The notes under the pieces were generated by a model. The model had not been told where the DNA came from and searched no databases. It worked only from the letters and a program-made list of their open reading frames with translations. From contig DASZZL010000159.1 of NCBI GenBank assembly GCA_035545035.1, forward strand, positions 13,873 to 77,872: DNA of 64,000 bases. The letters run 5' to 3'. Every line of letters starts with the position of its first letter. Within the stretch, counting starts at the first letter, position 1. Below are positions 62,401 through 64,000 of this stretch, piece by piece. The position numbers and the translations under genes are program-made. Source of the DNA: Pyrinomonadaceae bacterium (GTDB lineage: Bacteria > Acidobacteriota > Blastocatellia > Pyrinomonadales > Pyrinomonadaceae).

Positions 62401-64000
62401 ATTGCTCGTAAAGACGTGATCATGCGACTGGAGATGCCGCGCTTTCTGACCGAAGGCGACACGGTGACGATCTCCGGCGTTGTGCACAACTTTTTGAAGA
62501 GCGACAAATCGACAAAGATTTCGCTCGACCTGAACGGCGCGCAGTTGCTCGATTCTCCCAGTGAGACCGTCACGATTAAGCAGAACGGCGAGCATCGCGT
62601 CGATTGGCGCGTGCAGGCCAATCAGGTAGGCAAGCTGACGTTGCTGGCGAAGGCTTTGACCGACACGGAATCCGACGCGGTCGAGATGTCGATGGAAATC
62701 GTGCCGCATGGTTTGAAGCAGACCGTGGGGAACGCGACGACGTTAACGCAGAACGACGCGGATCAAAGCTTCTCGCTCGATCTGCCGAAGAACCCGGACA
62801 TTCAGGCGCGAAACCTGCGCATCGAAGCGTCGCCTTCGATCGCGGCCACGTTATTCGGCGCGCTTGATTATTTAACGAGCTTCCCCTACGGCTGCACCGA
62901 ACAAACGATGTCGAGCTTTCTGCCGAACATCGTTGTCGCGCAGGCGTTGAAGGACGTGCCGACCGCGAAGATTCGCGCGTCGAACGATCTCGACAAGAAA
63001 GTTCAGCGCGGAATGGATCGGCTCTACGCCTATCAACATGACGATGGCGGCTGGGGCTGGTGGAAAGACGACAAGAGCGATCCGTTCATGACGGCTTACG
63101 TGGTCGATGGACTGACGATGGCCGCCGGCGCCGGATATCAGATCGATGCTTCGCGCCGCGATCGTGGCCGCGAGAAACTCTCGGCCCTGCTCAATGCGGG
63201 CAAGCGCGATGACGGCAATCCCATCGATGATGAAACGCGCGCTTACATGATTTATGCGCTGACCGAAAGCGGCGACAGCGATGGCCATTACCTCGAAGAG
63301 CTTTACAGCAAGCGCGGAAGTCTCGGGCCCTATGGCCGTGCTTTGCTCGCGCTGTCGTTGCAGCAACGGAAGGACGGTCGGGCGAAAGAAATTGCCAACA
63401 CTATCGAGGGCGCGGCGCAAAAAGATGAATTCGAAGCGCACTGGCAGACCGCGCGCGTCAACGACTATGGCCGCGACGTTTACCTGGACAACGAAGCGAC
63501 GGCGCTTTCATTGAAGGCCTTGTCGCAAATCAACCCGAACAGCAGCTTGCTGCCAAAAGTTGCGCGCTGGCTGGTTAAGAACCGCAACAACGGTTACTAC
63601 TGGCTCTCGACCAAGGAAACTGCGTTCGCGATCTATGGCTTGACCGATTATTTGAAAGTCAGCCACGAACTCACGCCGGATTACACCTTCGAAGTTTACT
63701 TGAACGGCGCGCAGGTCGCTTCGCAACACGTCGGCGCGAGCGATGCGACGAACGCGCAGGCTTTGGTCATCACGAAGAAGGGCGGCGATGTCGGCGATAC
63801 AAATCAGATTCGCATCGTGAAGCACGGCCGCGGCGCACTGTATGTCTCGACCGCGGTCGAATACTTCACCGCCGAAGACAACGTGGCCGCGCAATCATCG
63901 CCGACTCTGAAAATCACGCGCGAGTATCTGCGCCTGCGCGTGGTTGAGAACGAAGGCGGCAAGCCGAGCTGGCACGTCGAACCGTTAACCGGCGAGCTGC
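59434..64000 (+). CDS. Bacterial alpha-2-macroglobulin family protein with thioester motif; 3' end beyond the window
   Basis: GGAGGA RBS, ATG 59434, frame 1 open to base 64000 (so absent from the ORF track). Membrane-anchor N-terminus. MG-domain motifs YIYTDRPIYRPAQKVFFKG and FEVQEYKKPEFKV. Thioester GCTEQ at 62890-62904. Confidence 0.85.
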   Translation, partial: MSEINQRLRRILPTAAIYLAVAASVFGFNVIRSRAARQAAQPAPPDQPTVVSTKPYFSLTTNRTYSPNETARLWASYQNVEYLDFRVYRVKDPSKFFKQLDDPHQMGEKEKEAASQGYGRRVSVLERAHSLKISLFSAVKDYVRTHLLKEHRETFNQKFRKEEEPTRTPLNVADYARVPLLNPDQKVKDWREKLPALDHDYDSRMISLGKQDPGVYLIEAVNGGMRAYSIAIVTNLTMVQKTTKGGQVVVYVVDRKSGAPHEGVNVEVARARQTLANGTTDKTGIFKAEIKPPQSSDQAPEDVDPEATTKNAYLIMAHERDNFVISDVESFYFSGEGGEDDVLSSNDLTSYIYTDRPIYRPAQKVFFKGILRHWGRNGYELIDSKTVNVTIEDPNNGKVFEKELPLSTRGSFSGDLDIADEAPLGSYNITAAIGEAKASGYFEVQEYKKPEFKVSVKGPKDFAAVGEKVKFTVSANYFFGAPVTNADVHYYVYRSRYYHWWWGNDSTDEFDDAAGPENEGGDENTSGYYGNDMVTEGDASLNSRGETTIDFEVPRTEEKDEWDYSYRLEAQVTDASRREMRGAASFIGTRGKIVADAYPERYLYYQGDAAKVRVKTADYSGHPVSQKVTLKFIEQKWEKIEKDEEYNGYKYKTYDYKLHERELLSADVNTDSQGNAAYDFTVPSPGSIYVKAIVNENGKEIVNRGGSFWAPDKKGEWSDFEYRDFDEKSIKLVPDKKSYKPGETAHVLAMLPADKAHLLVTTELSNVITVRQIDAPGRSIVIDVPIDRRYEPNVYLDVSFVKDSDMYNQSQLIAVPARDKMLKLDIVPNKKEFKPRDVASYTILARNEDGSPAANTEISLGIVDEAIYSIQPETAGNIKREFYGKRFDEVRTSLAIHYTFTGYAGEKPADLAKNKSAYQLADFKNESSYAEPTIRREFKDTAFWQPDVVTGGDGKATVSFKLPDNLTTWRATARAVTADTRVGAAVQKTIARKDVIMRLEMPRFLTEGDTVTISGVVHNFLKSDKSTKISLDLNGAQLLDSPSETVTIKQNGEHRVDWRVQANQVGKLTLLAKALTDTESDAVEMSMEIVPHGLKQTVGNATTLTQNDADQSFSLDLPKNPDIQARNLRIEASPSIAATLFGALDYLTSFPYGCTEQTMSSFLPNIVVAQALKDVPTAKIRASNDLDKKVQRGMDRLYAYQHDDGGWGWWKDDKSDPFMTAYVVDGLTMAAGAGYQIDASRRDRGREKLSALLNAGKRDDGNPIDDETRAYMIYALTESGDSDGHYLEELYSKRGSLGPYGRALLALSLQQRKDGRAKEIANTIEGAAQKDEFEAHWQTARVNDYGRDVYLDNEATALSLKALSQINPNSSLLPKVARWLVKNRNNGYYWLSTKETAFAIYGLTDYLKVSHELTPDYTFEVYLNGAQVASQHVGASDATNAQALVITKKGGDVGDTNQIRIVKHGRGALYVSTAVEYFTAEDNVAAQSSPTLKITREYLRLRVVENEGGKPSWHVEPLTGEL

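Overview
All calls come from reading motifs by eye; no database search was run. The window is a 64-kb chromosomal segment, GC-rich by eye except for one AT-shifted islet. It is most likely from an Acidobacteriota genome. That is an inference from a VWFA protein of the acidobacterial type, several CarboxypepD_reg-like domains, BNR/sortilin-like propellers, and many short 'word' and REP-like palindromic repeats in nearly every intergenic region. I count about 45 protein genes and one tRNA-Met(CAT). There is no rRNA, no CRISPR array, no integrase, and no transposase other than one REP-associated IS200-like gene.

Layout:
- 1-6.3 kb: exported hydrolases and small enzymes.
- 6.5-11.9 kb: AT-shifted islet with a 988-aa HD::Hsp90-type GHKL ATPase fusion, a frameshifted PIN toxin and a SAP-like orphan.
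- 12-22 kb: BNR-propeller paralog, a RAYT bracketed by REPs, and exported proteins.
- 22.3-26.5 kb, next to the tRNA: operon of a LodA-like::ferritin-like fusion, a LodB-like flavoprotein and a radical-SAM gene that retains only its SPASM half.
- 27-38.5 kb: housekeeping genes (MerR-TPR, YihY, lepB, rnc, PBP, sigma54 two-component pair).
- 39-58 kb: redox neighbourhood with 39 c-heme motifs in five proteins. It includes an OM-barrel plus decaheme::LVIVD-propeller pair, an orphan LysW-like zinc ribbon, a secreted tandem GlcG/HbpS protein, three soluble multihaem cytochromes, and an FHA::TM::heptahaem cytochrome paired with a cNMP-binding::4x[4Fe-4S]::membrane protein.
- 58.4-64 kb: DUF1175 plus a thioester-bearing alpha-2-macroglobulin that runs off the window.

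Best candidates for undescribed biology, in order:
1. The FHA/cNMP-gated transmembrane electron module.
2. The LodA-like::ferritin operon.
3. The HD-GHKL gene.
4. The barrel-cytochrome-propeller pair.
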